Shown: positions 30,601-46,400 of the stretch, one piece after another | How positions within the stretch are numbered: the stretch's first letter is position 1 | Layout of the letters: every line of letters begins with the position of its first letter | Source: the human T2T-CHM13v2.0 reference genome, Homo sapiens | Length of the DNA: 64,000 nucleotides | Strand: one strand, 5' to 3' | Assembly: GCF_009914755.1 (NCBI RefSeq) | Contig: NC_060940.1 | Notes under the pieces: model-generated | What the model was told of the DNA's origin: nothing | What the model saw: the letters and a program-made list of their open reading frames with translations, nothing else | The model's database searches: none | Program-made: the position numbers and the translations under genes

Positions 30601-33600
30601 ATCATTCCATTCGATTCTATTCAATGATGATTCCATTCATGTCGATTAGGTGATTCCATTTGACTTCATTTGATGATGATTCCTTTCAAGTTCATTAGAT
30701 GATTCCATTCGATTCCATTTGATGATGATCCCATTCGAGTCCATTCAGTGATTCCACTCGTTTCCATTCCATGATGATTCCATTCCATTCCATTCAATGA
30801 TTGCATTCGATTCCGTTTGATGATGATTTCATTCGAGTCCATTTGATGATTCCATTTGATTCCATTCGATGATGATTCCATTCGAGTCCATTCGATGATT
30901 CTATTCGAATCCATTTGATGATTTCTTTTGATTATAGTTGGTGATGATTCCATTGGAGTCCATTCAATGATTCCATTTGATTCCAGTCTCTGATGATTAC
31001 ATTCGAGTCCATACGATGATTCCACTCAATTCCATATGATGATGATTCCATTCGATTCCATTCGGTGATTCCATTCTATTCTATTCAATGGTGATTCCAT
31101 TCGAGTACATTAGATGATTCCATTCGATTCCATTCAATGATGATTCTATTTGTGTCCCTTAGATGATTCCACATGATTCCATTAGATGATGATACTATTT
31201 GAGCCCATCCAATGATACCCTTCGATATCATTCGATGAGGATTCCATTCGATTCAATTCATTGGTGATTCTATTCAATTCAATTCTTTGATTCCATTCCA
31301 TTCCATTCGACAATGATTCCATTCGATTTCTTTCGATGATTCCACTCGATTCCACTTGACATTGATTCCCTTCGATTCCATTCAATGATTCCATTTGATT
31401 CCAGTGGATGATGATTGCCATCGATTCCATTCGATCACTCCATTCTATTCCATTTGATGATGATTACATTCGATTCCATTTGACGATTCCATCTGATTCT
31501 ATTCGAGGATTCCATTTGATTCCATTCGATGATGATTCCATTCGAGTCCATTCGATGATTTCATTCGAGTACATCCAATGATTCCATTCGAGTCCATTTG
31601 ATGATTCCATTTGATTCCATTTGATAATGATTCTACTAGAGTCCATTCAATGACTCCATTCGAGTCCATTCAACAATTCCATTCGACTCCATTTGATGAT
31701 TCCATTGGATTCCATTTGATGATTCCATTCGAGTCCATTTAATCATTACAGTCGAGTCCATTTGGTGATTCCACCGGATTTCTTTTGATAATGATACCAT
31801 TCAATTACATTTGATGATGATCCCATTCAATTTCATTTGATGATGATTCCATTAGAGTCCATTCGATGATTTCATTCGAGTCCCTTCATTGATTCCATCC
31901 GATTTCATTGGATGATGACTCCATTCGAGTCCATTCGATGATTCCACTCGATTCCATTAGATGATTCCATTGGAGTCCATTTGATTGTTCCATTCGATTC
32001 CATTCGATTCCTTTCGAAGATTATTCCATTTGAGTCCATTCGATGATGATTCCATTCCATTCCATTCGATGATTCCGTTTGATTCCATTCGATGATTCCC
32101 TTCGATTCCTTTCTTTGATGATTCCATTCCATTCCATTCAATGATTCCATTCGAATCTATTCCATGATGATTCCTTTCGATTCCATTCGCTGATGTTTCC
32201 GTTCAATTCCATTCGATGATGATTCCATTCGATTCCATTCATTGAGGATTCCATTTGATTCCATTCAATGATGATTCCGTTCTATTCCATTCAATGATTG
32301 CATTCAATTCCATTCAATGATTATCCCCTTAGAGTAAACTCAACGATTCCATTCAATACCATTCGATGATGATTCCTTTTGAGTCCATTCAATGATTTCA
32401 TTCAAGTCCATTTGATGATTCCTTTCAATTCCATTCTATGATGATTCCATTCGAGTCCATTCGATGATTCCATTCGATTGCATTCGATTATTCCATTATA
32501 TTCCAGTCAACGATGATTCCATTCGAGTCCATTCGATGATTCCATTAGAGTACATTTAATGATTGCTTTGTTTTCAATTCGAAGATGATTACATTGGATT
32601 CCATTCTATGATACCATTCGATTCCATTCAATGATGATTCCACTCAAATCCATTGGATGATTCCATTCGTGTCCATTCGGTGATTTCATTAGATTCCATT
32701 CGAGGATGATTCCATTCGATTCCATTCGATGATTCCATTCAATTCCATTCGAGGATGATTCCATTCCAGTCCATATGATCATTCCATTTGATTTCATTCG
32801 ATGATGATTCCATTCGATTCCATTCGATGATTCCATTCTATTCCATTCGATGATGATTCCATTCGAGTCCATTCGATGATTCCATTCGAGTCCATTTAAT
32901 GATTCCATTGGGTTCAATTCAATGATGATTACATTGGATTCCGTTCTATGATTCCATTCAATTCCGTTCATTGACAATTTGATTCCATTCGATGATGATT
33001 CCATTTGAGTTCATTCGATGATTCTATTCGATTCTCTTCGATGGTGATTCAATTCTATTATATTGGATGATTCCATTCGATTCCATTTGATGTTGATTCA
33101 ATTCGATTCTATTCGATGATGATTCCATTGGATTTCACTTGATGATTCTATTCGATTCCATTCAATGATGATTCACTTCTCGTCCATTGGATGATTCCAT
33201 TTCATTCCATTCGATGATGATTCCATTCGATTCCATTCGATGATTCCATTTGATTCCATGCGACGGTGAGCAATTCGATTCAATTCCATGATGATTCTAT
33301 TTGATTCAATTAGATGATGTTTCCATTCGAATCCATTCCATGATTATTCCATTGGAATCCATTTGGCGATGATTCCATATGAGTCAATTCAATGATGATT
33401 CCATATGGGTCCGTTCGATGATAATTCCATTTGATTTCATTCGATGCTTCTATTCTATTCCAGTCGATGATGATTCCGTTGGAGTCCATACGATGATTCC
33501 ATTTGATTTCATTTGATGATGATTCCATTCGATGATGATTACATTGGATTCCATTCTATGATTCCATTCAATTCCATTCGTTGATGATTCGATTCCATTC

Positions 33601-33703
33601 AATGATGATTCCATTTGAGTTCATTCGATGATTCTATTCGATTCCGTTCGATGGTGATTCAATTCTATTATATTGGATGATTCCACTCGATTCCATTTGA
33701 TGA
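27641..33703 (+). repeat. Higher-order unit, 6063 bp (6112 minus 49 bp)
   Basis: Landmarks at 27641 and 33704; the segment containing CCAATCGATGGTGATTCCATTAGAG is missing at about 30975. Confidence 0.93.
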
Positions 33704-36700
33704 TTATTCCATTGGAGTCCACTTAGTGAATCCTTTAGATTCTACTCGAAGATGATTCCATTCGAGTCCATTCAATGATACCATTCAATTTCATTCATTG
33801 ATGCTTCCATTCAAGTGCATTCAATGATATCATTCGATTCCATTTGATGATAATTCCATTTGATTCCATGCGATGATTCTATTCGATTCCATTCAATGAT
33901 AATTCCATTCAATTCAGTGATTCCTCTGGACTCCATTTGATGATGATTCCATTCAATGATTCCATTCGATTCTATTCCAAAATGATTCCATTTGAATCCA
34001 TTTGATGATGATTCCATTAGATTCCATTTGATGATTCCATTCAATTGCATTTGACGATGATTCCATTCGATTCCATTTGATGATTCCATTCTATTCTATT
34101 CTATGATGATTCCATTCGATTCCATTTGATGATGATTGGATTCGATTCCATTTGATGATTTCATTTGATTCCATTCGTTAATGATTTCGATCAACTCCAT
34201 TCGATGATTCCATTTGATTCCATTCGATAATGATTACATCCGAGTCCATTCGATGATTCCATTTGAGCCCGTTCGATAATTCCATTTGAGTCCAATCAAT
34301 GATTCCATACATTTCCATTCAATGATTCCATTCGAGTCCATTTGATCATTCTGGTAGGGTCCGTTCGATGTTGATTCCATTGGAGTGCATTCGATGATTC
34401 CATTCGAGTCCATTTTATGATTTGATTCGAGTCCTTTCGATGATTCCATTCGATTCCACTCGATGATGATTTCATTCGAGTCCATTCGACACTTCCAATC
34501 GATTCCATTTGATGTTTCCATTCGAGTCCAATTGATGATTCCATTCAATTGCATTCGATGATGATTCCGTACGACTCCATTCTGTGATGATTCCATGTGA
34601 TTGCATTCAATGATGATTCCTTTCGACTGCATTCGATTATGATTCATTTCGTGTTCATTCTATGGTTCCACAGGTTTCCATTCGATGACGTTTCCGTTCG
34701 TGTCCATTCCATTATTCCATTCTATTCCATTTGAAGATGATTCCATTCGATTCCATTCATTGGTGATTCCACTCAATTCCATTCAATGATTCCATTCCAT
34801 TTCTTTCAACAATGATTCCATTAGTTTCTATTCGATGATCCACTTGATTCCATTTGGCGATGATTCCATTCGTGTCCATTCGATGATTCCATTTGATTCC
34901 ATATGATGATGATTCCATTCGATTCCATACCATGATGATTCCATTCGAGTCCATTCAATGGTGATTCCATTCAATTCCATTCGATGATTCCTTCCGATTC
35001 CATTCGATGATGATGGCATTCGATTCCTTTCAATCATTCCCTTTGATTCCATTCAAAGGTGATTTCATTCAAGTCCATTCGATAATTGCATTCGATTCCA
35101 TTCTATGATGATTCCATTCGAGTCCATTTGATGATTCCATTCAATTCAAGTCAATGATGATTCCATTCGATTCCACTCGATGATTCCATTGGATTCCATT
35201 CGATGATGATTCCATTCAAATCCATTCGATAATTCAATTCAAGTCCATTCGATGATGATTCCAATCGAATCCATTCAAAGATTCCATTCAATTCCATTCG
35301 ATGATGATTCCCTTAGATTCCATTCGATGATTCCACTTGATTCCATTTACGATGATTCCATTCGATTCCATGTGATGAATCCATTCAGTTCTATTCAATG
35401 ATGTTTCCATTTGATTCCATTGGACCATGATTGCCTTTGATTCCATTCAATGATTCCATTCGGTTCCATTTGATGATGATTCCGTTCGATTCCATTTCAT
35501 TATTCCATTTGATTCCATTGGATGAGTCCATTCGATTACATTCGATGATTATTCCATTCGAGTGCATTAGATGATTGCATTCGAGTCCATTCGATGATTC
35601 CATTCGATTCCATTCGATGTTGATTCTGTTCAAATCCATTCGATGATTCCACTCGATTCCATTCGATGACTCCATTTGATCCCATTCGATGATTTCCTGT
35701 GATTCCCTTTGATGATCATTCTATTTGATTCAATTCGGTGATTTCATTTCATTCCATTCAGTGATGTTTCCATTCGACTGTATTCGATGATGATTCCATT
35801 CGACTCCATTCGATTATGATTTCATTCAATTCCATTCAATAATGATTCCCTTCGAGTCCATTCGATGATTCCATTCGATTCCATTCAACGATGATTTGAT
35901 TCGTTTCCATTCGATGATTCCATTTGATTCCACTTGATGATGATTCCATTCGAGTCCATTTGATGATTCCATTCGAGTCTATTTATGTATTATATTCGTG
36001 TCCACTTCATGATTCCATTCAATTCCATTTAATGTTGATTCCATTTGATTCCATTTGATGATTCAGTTCGATTCCTTGCAATGATTCCCTACGATTCCTT
36101 TCTATGATGATTCCATTCGATTCCATTCATTGATGATTTCATTCGACTCCATTCGATGATGATTCCTTTCGATTCCATTTGACGATGTTTCCATTCGAGT
36201 CCATTCGATGATGATTCTATTCAATTCTGTTCTATTATGATTCCATTCGATTTCATTCAATGCTTCTATTTGATTCCATTCGATGATGATTCCATCTCTT
36301 TCCCTTCGATGATTCCATTTGATTCCATTCAGTGATGATTCCATTTGATTCCATCTGATGATGATTTCACTTGATTCCTTTCAATGATGATTCAATTCAA
36401 GTCCATTCTATGATTCCATTGGAGTCCAAACGATCATTCCGTTCGATTCCATTCAATGGTGATTCCATTCATGTCCATTCGATGAATCCATTCAATTCCA
36501 TTCGATGATGACTCCATTCGAGTACATTCGATGATTCCATTTGATTCCATTTGAAGATGATTCCATTCAATTCCATTCGAAGATGATTCCATTCAATTCC
36601 ATTCGATGATGATTCCGTATGAATCCATTCTCTGATTATTCCATTCGATTCCATTCATTGACGATTCCATTCAATTCCATTCAATGATGATTCTCTTCTA

Positions 36701-37833
36701 TTCCATTCGATGATTCCGGTCGATTCCATTCGATGATGATTCCATTAGATTCCATTCGATTGTTGCATTCGATTCCCTTCGATGATGATTCCTTTGAATT
36801 CCATTCGATTATCATTCCGTATGAATCCATTTGATGATTATTCCATTGGATTCCTTTCGATGATGATTCCATTCGATTCCATTTGATGATGTTTCTCTTG
36901 TATTCCATTGGATAATTCCTTTCAGTTCCCTTCGATGATTATTCTTTCGAGTCAATTCGATGATTCTATTCCATTCCCTTCGATGATGATTCCATTTCAC
37001 TCCATTTGATGATTCCATTCGACTCAATTTGGTGATGATTCAATTCGATGACATTCGATGACTCCATTCAATTTCATTTGATGATGATTACATTCGAGTC
37101 CATTTGATGATTGTATTCCTTTCCTTTTGATGATTATTCCATTCGTGTCTATTCAAAGGTTCCATTCTATTCCATTCAATGATGATTGCATTTGATTCCA
37201 TTCAATGATTATGGCTATCGATTCCACTCGTTGATTCCATTTGATTCCGTTCGATGATTATTCCGTTAGATTCCATTAGAAGATTCCATTCGATTTTATT
37301 CAATGATTCCAATGGATTCCATTCAATGATGATTCCATTCGACACCATTCAGTGATTCCATTCGAGTCCATTTGATGATTCCATTCTTTTGCATTTGATG
37401 ATGATTCCATTAGGGTCCATTCAATTATTCCATTCGAGTCCATTCGTTAATGCCTTTCGAGTCCTTTTGATCACTACATTCGAGTCCATTCAATGATTCT
37501 ATTCGATTCCATTCCATGATGATTCCATTCGAGTTCATTCGATGATTGCATTCGAGTCCATTTGATGATTCCATATGATTCCCTTCGACAATGATTCCAT
37601 TCGTGTCCATTTGACGATTCCATTCATTTCCTATCGATGAAGATTCCATTCAAGTGTATTCGATGATTCCATTCAAATCCATTCGATGATGATTCCATTC
37701 CAGTCCATTCGATCATTCCACTTGATTCCATTTGATGACTATTCCATTCAAATCCATTTGATGATTCCATTCGATTCCATTCGATGTTACCATTCGAGTA
37801 TACACGATGATTCCACTCGATTCCATTTGATGA
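33704..37833 (+). repeat. Variant 4130-bp unit: first ~2.27 kb of the canonical unit joined to module X
   Basis: Leaves canonical sequence at about 35975 (GAGTCTATTTATGTATTATATTCGTG) and returns at about 37806, just before the landmark at 37834. Confidence 0.88.
35975..37805 (+). repeat. HSat2 module X (absent from the 6112-bp unit), copy 1
   Basis: Diagnostic strings TTTATGTATTATATTCGTG, CCCTACGATTCCTTTCTATG, GAGTCCAAACGATC, ATTATGGCTATCG and TTAATGCCTTTCGAG do not appear in the canonical units but recur at 51.6-53.7 kb. Confidence 0.88.
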
Positions 37834-40800
37834 TTATTCCATTGGAGTCCACTTAGTGAATCCTTTAGATTCTACTCGAAGATGATTCCATTCGAGTCCA
37901 TTCCATGATACCATTCAATTCCATTCGTTGATGCTTCCATTCAAGTACATTCGATGATATCATTCGATTCCATTTGATGATAATTCCATTTGATTCCATG
38001 CGATGATTCTATTCGATTCCATTCAATGATAATTCCATTCAATTCAGTGATTCCTCTGGACTCCATTTGATGATGATTCCATTCAATGATTCCATTCGAT
38101 TCTATTCGAAAATGATTCCATTTGAATCCATTTGATGATGATTCCATTGGATTCCATTTGATGATTCCATTCGATTCCATTCGATGATGATTCCATTCGA
38201 TTCCTTTTGATGATTCCATTCTATTGTATTCGATGATGATTCCATTCGATTCCATTCGATGATGATTGGATTCGATTCCATTTGATGATTTCATTTGATT
38301 CCATTCGATAATGATTTCGATCAATTCCATTCGATGATTCCATTCGATTCCATTCGATAGTGATTACATCCGAGTCCATTCGATGATTCCATTTGAGCCC
38401 GTTCGATAATTCCATTTGAGTCCAATCAATGATTCCATTCATTTCCATTCAATGATTCCATTCGAGTCCATTTGATCATTCCGGTAGGGTCCGTTCGATG
38501 TTGATTCCATTGGAGTGCATTCGATGATTCCATTCGAGTCCATTTTAGGATTTGATTTGAGTCCTTTCGATGATTCCATTCGATTCCACTCGATGATTTC
38601 ATTCGAGTCCATTCGACACTTCCAATCGATTCCATTTGATGTTTCCATTCGATTCCAATTGATGATTCCATTCAATTCCATTCGATGATGATTCCGTACG
38701 ATTCCATTCTGTGATGATTCCATGTGATTGCATTCAATGATGATTCCTTTCGATTGCATTCGATTATGATTCATTTCGTGTTCATTCTATGGTTCCACAG
38801 GTTTCCATTCGATGATGTTTCCATTCGTGTCCATTCCATTATTCCATTCTATTCCATTTGAAGATGATTCCATTCGATTCCATTCATTGGTGATTCCACT
38901 CAATTCCATTCAATGATTCCATTCCATTTCTTTCAACAATGATTCCATTAGTTTCTATTCGATGATCCACTTGATTCCATTTGACGATGATTCCATTCGT
39001 GTCCATTCGATGATTCCATTTGATTCCATATGATGATGATTCCATTCGATTCCATACGATGATGATTCCATTCGAGTCCATTCAATGGTGATTCCATTCA
39101 ATTCCATTCGATGATTCCTTTCGATTCCATTCAATGATGATGGCATTCAATTCCTTTCGATCATTCCCTTTGATTCCATTCAAAGGTGATTTCATTCAAG
39201 TCCATTCGATAATTGCATTCGATTCCATTCTGTGATGATTCCATTCGAGTCCATTTGATGATTCCATTCAATTGAAGTCAATGATGATTCCATTCGATTC
39301 CACTCGATGATTCCATTGGATTCCATTCGATGATGATTCCATTCAAATCCATTCGATAATTCAATTCAAGTCCATTCGATGATGATTCCAATCGAATCCA
39401 TTCAAAGATTCCACTCAATTCCATTCGATGATGATTCCCTTAGATTCCATTTGATGATTCCACTTGATTCCATTTACGATGATTCCATTCGATTCCATGT
39501 GATGATTCCATTCAATTCTATTCAATGATGTTTCCACTTGATTCCATTCGAACATGATTGCCTTTGATTCCATTCAATGATTCCATACGGTTCCATTTGA
39601 TGATGATTCCATTCGAGTGCATTAGATGATTCCATTCGAGTCCATTCGATGATTCCATTCGATTCCATTCGATGTTGATTCTGTTCAAATCCATTCGATG
39701 ATTCCACTCGATTCCATTCGATGACTCCATTTGATCCCATTCGATGATTTCCTTTGATTCCCTTTGATGATCATTCCATTTGATTCAATTCGGTGATTTC
39801 TTTTGATTCCATTCAGTGATGTTTCCATTCAACTCCTTTCGATGATGATTCCATTCGACTCCATTCGATTATGATTTCATTCAATTCCATTCGATAATGA
39901 TTCCCTTCAAGTCCATTCGATGCTTCCATTCGATTCCATTCAACGATGATTTGATTCGTGTCCATTCGATGATTCCATTTGATTCCATTTGATGATGATT
40001 CCATTCGAGTCCCTTTGATGATTCCATTCAATTCCATTCTCCGATGATTTCTTTTGAGCCCATTCAATGCTTCCACTCGATTCCATATGATGATGACTCC
40101 ATTTGATGAAATTCCATGATGATTCCATTCGCTTGCATTCGATGATGATTCCACTTGAGTCCGTTAGAAGATTCTATTCAATTACATTCCATGACGATTC
40201 TGTCCGAGTCCATTTGATGATTCCATTAGACTCCATTCGACGATGATTCCATTCGATGTTATTCGTTGATGATTCCATTCAACTCCATTCGAAGTTTCCA
40301 TTCGAGTTCATTCTATTATTCCATTAGATTCCATTCGATGATGATTCCATTCGATTCCATTTGATGATTGCATTCTATTTCATTTGATGATGATTCCATT
40401 CGAGTCCATTCGATGATTCCATTCGAGTCCATTTAATGAATCCATTGGTTTCAATTCTATGATGATTACATTGGATTCCATTCGTTGATGATTTCATTCG
40501 ATTCCATTCAATGATGATTCCATTCAATTCCATTCAATGATTCCATTCAATTCCATACGATGATGATTCCATTTGATTTGATTCGACAGTGAGCCATTCG
40601 ATTCAATTCCATGATGATTCTATTTGATTCAATTGGTTGACATTTCCATTCGATTCCATTCGATGATGATTCCATTTGATTCCATTCAAAGATGATTCCA
40701 TTCTAGCCCATTCAATCATTCCATTCGATTCTATTCAATGATGATTCCATTCATGTCGATTTGGTGATTCCATTTGACTTCATTTGATGATGATTCCTTT

Positions 40801-43465
40801 CAAGTTCATTAGATGATTCCATTCGATTCCATTCGATGATTCCATTCTATTCTATTCAATGGTGATTCCATTCGAGTACATTAGATGATTCCATTCGATT
40901 CCATTCAATGATGATTCTATTTGTGTCCCTTAGATGGTTCCACATGATTCCATTTCATGATGATACTATTTGAGCCCATCCAATGATTCCCTTCGATTCC
41001 ATTCGATGAGGATTCCATTCGATTCAATTCATTGGTGATTCTATTCAATTCAATTCTTTGATTCCATTCCATTCCATTCGACAATGATTCCATTCGATTT
41101 CTTTCGATGATTCCACTCGATTCCACTTGACATTGATTCCATTCGATTCCATTCAATGATTCCGTTTGATTCCAGTGGATGATGATTGCCATCGATTCCA
41201 TTCGATCACTCCATTCTATTCCATTTGATGATGATTACATTCGATTCCATTTGATGATTCCATCTGATTCTATTCGAGGATTCCATTTGATTCCATTCGA
41301 TGATGATTCCATTCGAGTGCATTCGATGATTTCATTCGAGTACATCCAATGATTCCATTCGAGTCCATTTGATGATTCCATTTAATTCCATTTGATTATG
41401 ATTCTACTAGAGTCCATTCAATGACTCCATTCGAATCCATTCAACAATTCCATTAGAGGCCATTCGATGATTCCATTTCATGATTCCATTCGAGTCCATT
41501 TAATCATTACAGTCGAGTCCATTTGGTGATTCCACTGGATTTCTTTTGATAATGATACCATTCAATTACATTTGATGATGATCCCATTCAATTTCATTTG
41601 ATGGTGATTCCATTAGAGTCCATTCGATGATTTCATTCGAGTCCCTTCATTGATTCCATCCGATTTCATTTGATGATGACTCCATTCGAGTCCATTCGAT
41701 GATTCCACTCGATTCCATCAGATGGTTCCATTGGAGTCCATTTGATTGTTCCATTCGATTCTATTCGATTCCTTTCGAAGATTATTCCATTTGAGTCCAT
41801 TCGATGATGATTCCATTCCATTCCATTCGATGATTCCGTTTGATTCCATTCGATGATTCCCTTCGATTCCTTTCTTTGATGATTCCATTCCATTCCATTC
41901 AATGATTCCATTCGAATCTATTCCATGATGATTCCTTTCGATTCCATTCGCTGATGTTTCCGTTCAATTCCATTCGATGATGATTCCATTCGATTCCATT
42001 CATTGAGGATTCCATTTGATTCCATTCAATGATGATTCCATTCTATTCCATTCAATGATTGCATTCAATTCCATTCAATGATTATCCCATTAGAGTAAAC
42101 TCAACGATTCCATTCAATACCATTCGATGATGATTCCTTTTGAGTCCATTCAATGATTTCATTCAAGTCCATTTGATGATTCCTTTCAATTCCATTCTAT
42201 GATGATTCCATTCGAGTCCATTCGATGATTCCATTCGATTGCATTCGATGATTCCATTATATTCCATTCAACAATGATTCCATTCGAGTCCATTCGATGA
42301 TTCCATTAGAGTACATTTAATGATTGCTTTGTTTTCAATTCGAAGATGATTACATTGGATTCCATTCTATGATACCATTCGATTCCATTCAATGATGATT
42401 CCACTCAAATCCATTGGATGATTCCATTCGTGTCCATTCGGTGATTTCCTTAGATTCCATTCGAGGATGATTCCATTCGATTCCATTCGATGATTCCATT
42501 CAATTCCCTTCGATGATGATTCCATTCCAGTCCATATGATCATTCCATTTGATTTCATTCGATGGATGATTCCATTCGATTCCATTCGATGATTCCATTC
42601 TATTCCATTCGATGATGATTCCATTCGAGTCCATTCGATGATTCCATTCGAGTCCATTTAATGATTCCATTGGGTTCAATTCAATGATGATTACATTGGA
42701 TTCCGTTCTATGATTCCATTCAATTCCGTTCATTGACAATTTGATTCCATTCGATGATGATTCCATTTGAGTTCATTCGATGATTCTATTTGATTCTCTT
42801 CGATGGTGATTCAATTCTATTATATTGGATGATTCCATTCGATTCCATTTGATGTTGATTCAATTCGTTTCTATTTGATGATGATTCCATTGGATTTCAC
42901 TTGATGATTCTATTCGATTCCATTCAATGATGATTCACTTCTCGTCCATTGGATGATTCCATTTCATTCCATTCGATGATGATTCCATTCGATTCCATTC
43001 GATGATTCCATTTGATTCCATGCGTCGGTGAGCAATTCGATTCAATTCCATGATGATTCTATTTGATTCAATTAGATGATGTTTCCATTCGAATCCATTC
43101 CATGATTATTCCATTGGAATCCATTCGGCGATGATTCCATATGAGTCAATTCAATGATGATTCCATATGGGTCCGTTCGATGATAATTCCATTTGATTTC
43201 ATTCGGTGCTTCTATTCAATTCCAGTCGATGATGATTCCGTTGGAGTCCATACGATGATTCCATTTGATTTCATTTGATGATGATTCCATTCGATGATGA
43301 TTACATTGGATTCCATTCTATGATTCCATTCAATTCCATTCGTTGATGATTCGATTCCATTCAATGATGATTCCATTTGAGTTCATTCGATGATTCTATT
43401 CGATTCCGTTCGATGGTGATTCAATTCTCTTATATTGGATGAATCCACTCGATTCCATTTGATGA
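37834..43465 (+). repeat. Shortened higher-order unit, 5632 bp
   Basis: Indels read by eye (-392, -72, -23, -10, -3, +16, +3, +1) sum to -480, which equals 5632 minus 6112. Confidence 0.9.
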
Positions 43466-46400
43466 TTATTCCATTGGAGTCCACTTAGTGAATCCTTCAG
43501 ATTCTACTCGAAGATGATTCCATTCAAGTCCATTCGATGATACCATTCAATTCCATTCGTTGATGCTTCCATTCAAGTGCATTCGATGATATCATTCGAT
43601 TCCATTTGATGATAATTCCATTTGATTCCATGCGATGATTCTATTCGATTCCATTCAATGATAATTCCATTCAGTTCAGTGATTCCTCTGGACTCCATTT
43701 GATGATGATTCCATTCAATGATTCCATTCGATTCTATTCGAAAGTGATTCCATTTGAATCCATTTGATGATGATTCCATTAGATTCCATTTGATGATTCC
43801 ATTCGATTCCATGCGACGATGGTTCCATTCGATTCCATGTGATGATTCCATTCTATTCTATTCGATGATGATTCCATTCGATTCCATTCGATGATGATTG
43901 GATTCGATTCCATTTGATGATATCATTTGATTCCATTCGTTAATGATTTCGATCAATTCCATTCGATGATTCCATTCGATTCCATTCGATGATGATTGGG
44001 TTTGATTCCATTTGATGATTTCATTTGATTCCATTCGTTAATGATTTCGATCAGTTCCATTCGATGATTCCATTCGATTCCATTCGATAATGATTACATC
44101 CGTGTCCATTCAATGATTCCATTTGAGACTGTTCGATAATTCCATTTGAGTCCAACCAATGATTCCATTCATTTCCATTGAATGATTCCATTCGAGTCCA
44201 TTTGATCATTCCGGTAGGGTCCATTCGATGTTCATTCCATTGGAGTGCATTCGATGATTCCATTCGAGTCCATTTTAGGATTTGATTCGAGTCCTTTCGA
44301 TGATTCCATTCGATTCCACTCGATGATGATTTCATTCGAGTCCATTCGACACTTCCAATCGATTCCATTTGATGTTTCCATTCGAGTCCAATTGATGATT
44401 CCATTCAATTCCATTCGATGATGATTCCGTACGATTCCATTCTGTGATGATTCCATGTGATTGCATTCAATGATGATTCCTTTAAATTGCATTCGATTGT
44501 GATTCATTTCGTCTTCATTCTATGGTTCCACAGGTTTCCATTCGTGTCCATTCCATTATTCCATTCTATTCCATTTGATGATGATTCCATTCGATTCCAT
44601 TCATTGGTGATTCCACTCAATTCCATTCAATGATTCCATTCCATTTCTTTCAACAATGATTCCATTAGTTTCTATTCGATGATCCACTTGATTCCACTTG
44701 ACGACGATTCCATTCGTGTCCATTCAATGATTCCATTTGATTCCATATGATGATGATTCCATTCGATTCCATACGATGATGATTCCATTCGAGTCCATTC
44801 AATGGTGATTCCATTCAATTCCATTCGATGATTCCTTTCGATTCCATTCGATGATGATGGCATTCGATTCCTTTCAATCATTCCCTTTGATTGCATTCAA
44901 AGGTGATTTCACTCAAGTCCATTCGATAATTGCATTCGATTCCATTTTATGATGATTCCATTCGAGTCCATTTGATGATTCCATTCAATTCAAGTCAATG
45001 ATGATTCCATTCGATTCCATTCGATGATTCCATTGGATTCCATTCGATGATGATTCCATTCAAATCCATTCGATAATTCAATTCAAGTCCATTCGATGAT
45101 GATTAAAATCGAATCCATTCAAAGATTCCATTCAGTTCCATTCGATGATTCCCTTAGATTCCATTCGATGATTCCACTTGATTTCATTTACGATGATTCC
45201 ATTCGATTCCATGTGATGATTCCATTCAATTCTATTCAATGCTGTTTCCATTTCTTTCCATTCGACCATGATTGCCTTTGATTCCATTCAATGACTCCAT
45301 TCGGTTCCTTTTGATGATGATTCCGTTCGATTCCATTTCATTATTCCATTTGATTCCATTGGATGAGTCCATTCGATTACATTCGATGATTATTCCATTC
45401 GAGTGCATTAGATGATTCCATTCGAGTCCATTCGATGATTCCATTCGATTCCATTCGATGTTGATTCTGTTCAAATCCATTCGATGATTCCACTCGATTC
45501 CATTCGATGACTCCAGTTGATCCCATTCGATGATTTCCTTTGATTCCCTTTGATGATCATTCCATTTGATTCAATTCGGTGATTTCATTTGATTCCATTC
45601 AGTGATGTTTCCATTCGACTCCATTCGATGATGATTCCATTCGACTCCATTCGATTATGATTTCATTCAATTCCATTCGATAATGATTCCCTTCGAGTCC
45701 ATTCGATGATTCCATTCGATTCCATTCAACGATGATTTGATTCGTGTCCATTCGATGATTCCATTTGATTCCACTTGATGATGATTCCATTCGAGTCCAT
45801 TTGATGATTCCATTCAATTCCATTCTCCGATGATTTCTTTTGAGCCCATTCAATGCTTCCACTCGATTCCATATGATGATGACTCCATTCGATGAAATTC
45901 GATGATGATTCCATTCGCTTGCATTCGATGATGATTCCACTTGAGTCCATTAGAAGATTCTATTCAATTACATTCCATGACGATTCCGTTCGAGTCCATT
46001 TGATGATTCCATTAGACTCCATTCGACGATGATTCCATTCGATGTTATTCGATGATTCCATTCGATCTCATTCGATGATGATTCCATTCAACTCCATTCG
46101 ATGTTTCCATTCGAGTTCATTCTATTATTCCATTAGATTCCATTCGATGATGATTCCATTCGATTCCATTTGATGATTGCATTCTATTTCATTTGATGAT
46201 GATTCCATTCGAGTCCACTCGATGATTCCATTCGAGTCCATTTAATGAATCCATTGGTTTCAATTCTATGATGATTACATTGGATTCCATTCGTTGATGA
46301 TTTCATTCGGTTCCATTCAATGATGATTCAATTCAATTCCTTTCAATGTTTCCATTCAATTCCATACGATGATTATTCCATTTGATTTGATTCGACAGTG

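Noticed and set aside
35981-35997. AT-rich TTTATGTATTATATT as a TATA-like promoter
   Set aside because: It is explainable as a mutated monomer, with no supporting promoter context. I used it only as a landmark for module X.
35975-37805. Modules X and Y as mobile-element insertions
   Set aside because: Both consist entirely of HSat2 monomers, with no target-site duplication, terminal repeats, poly(A) tail or Alu/L1/ERV sequence.
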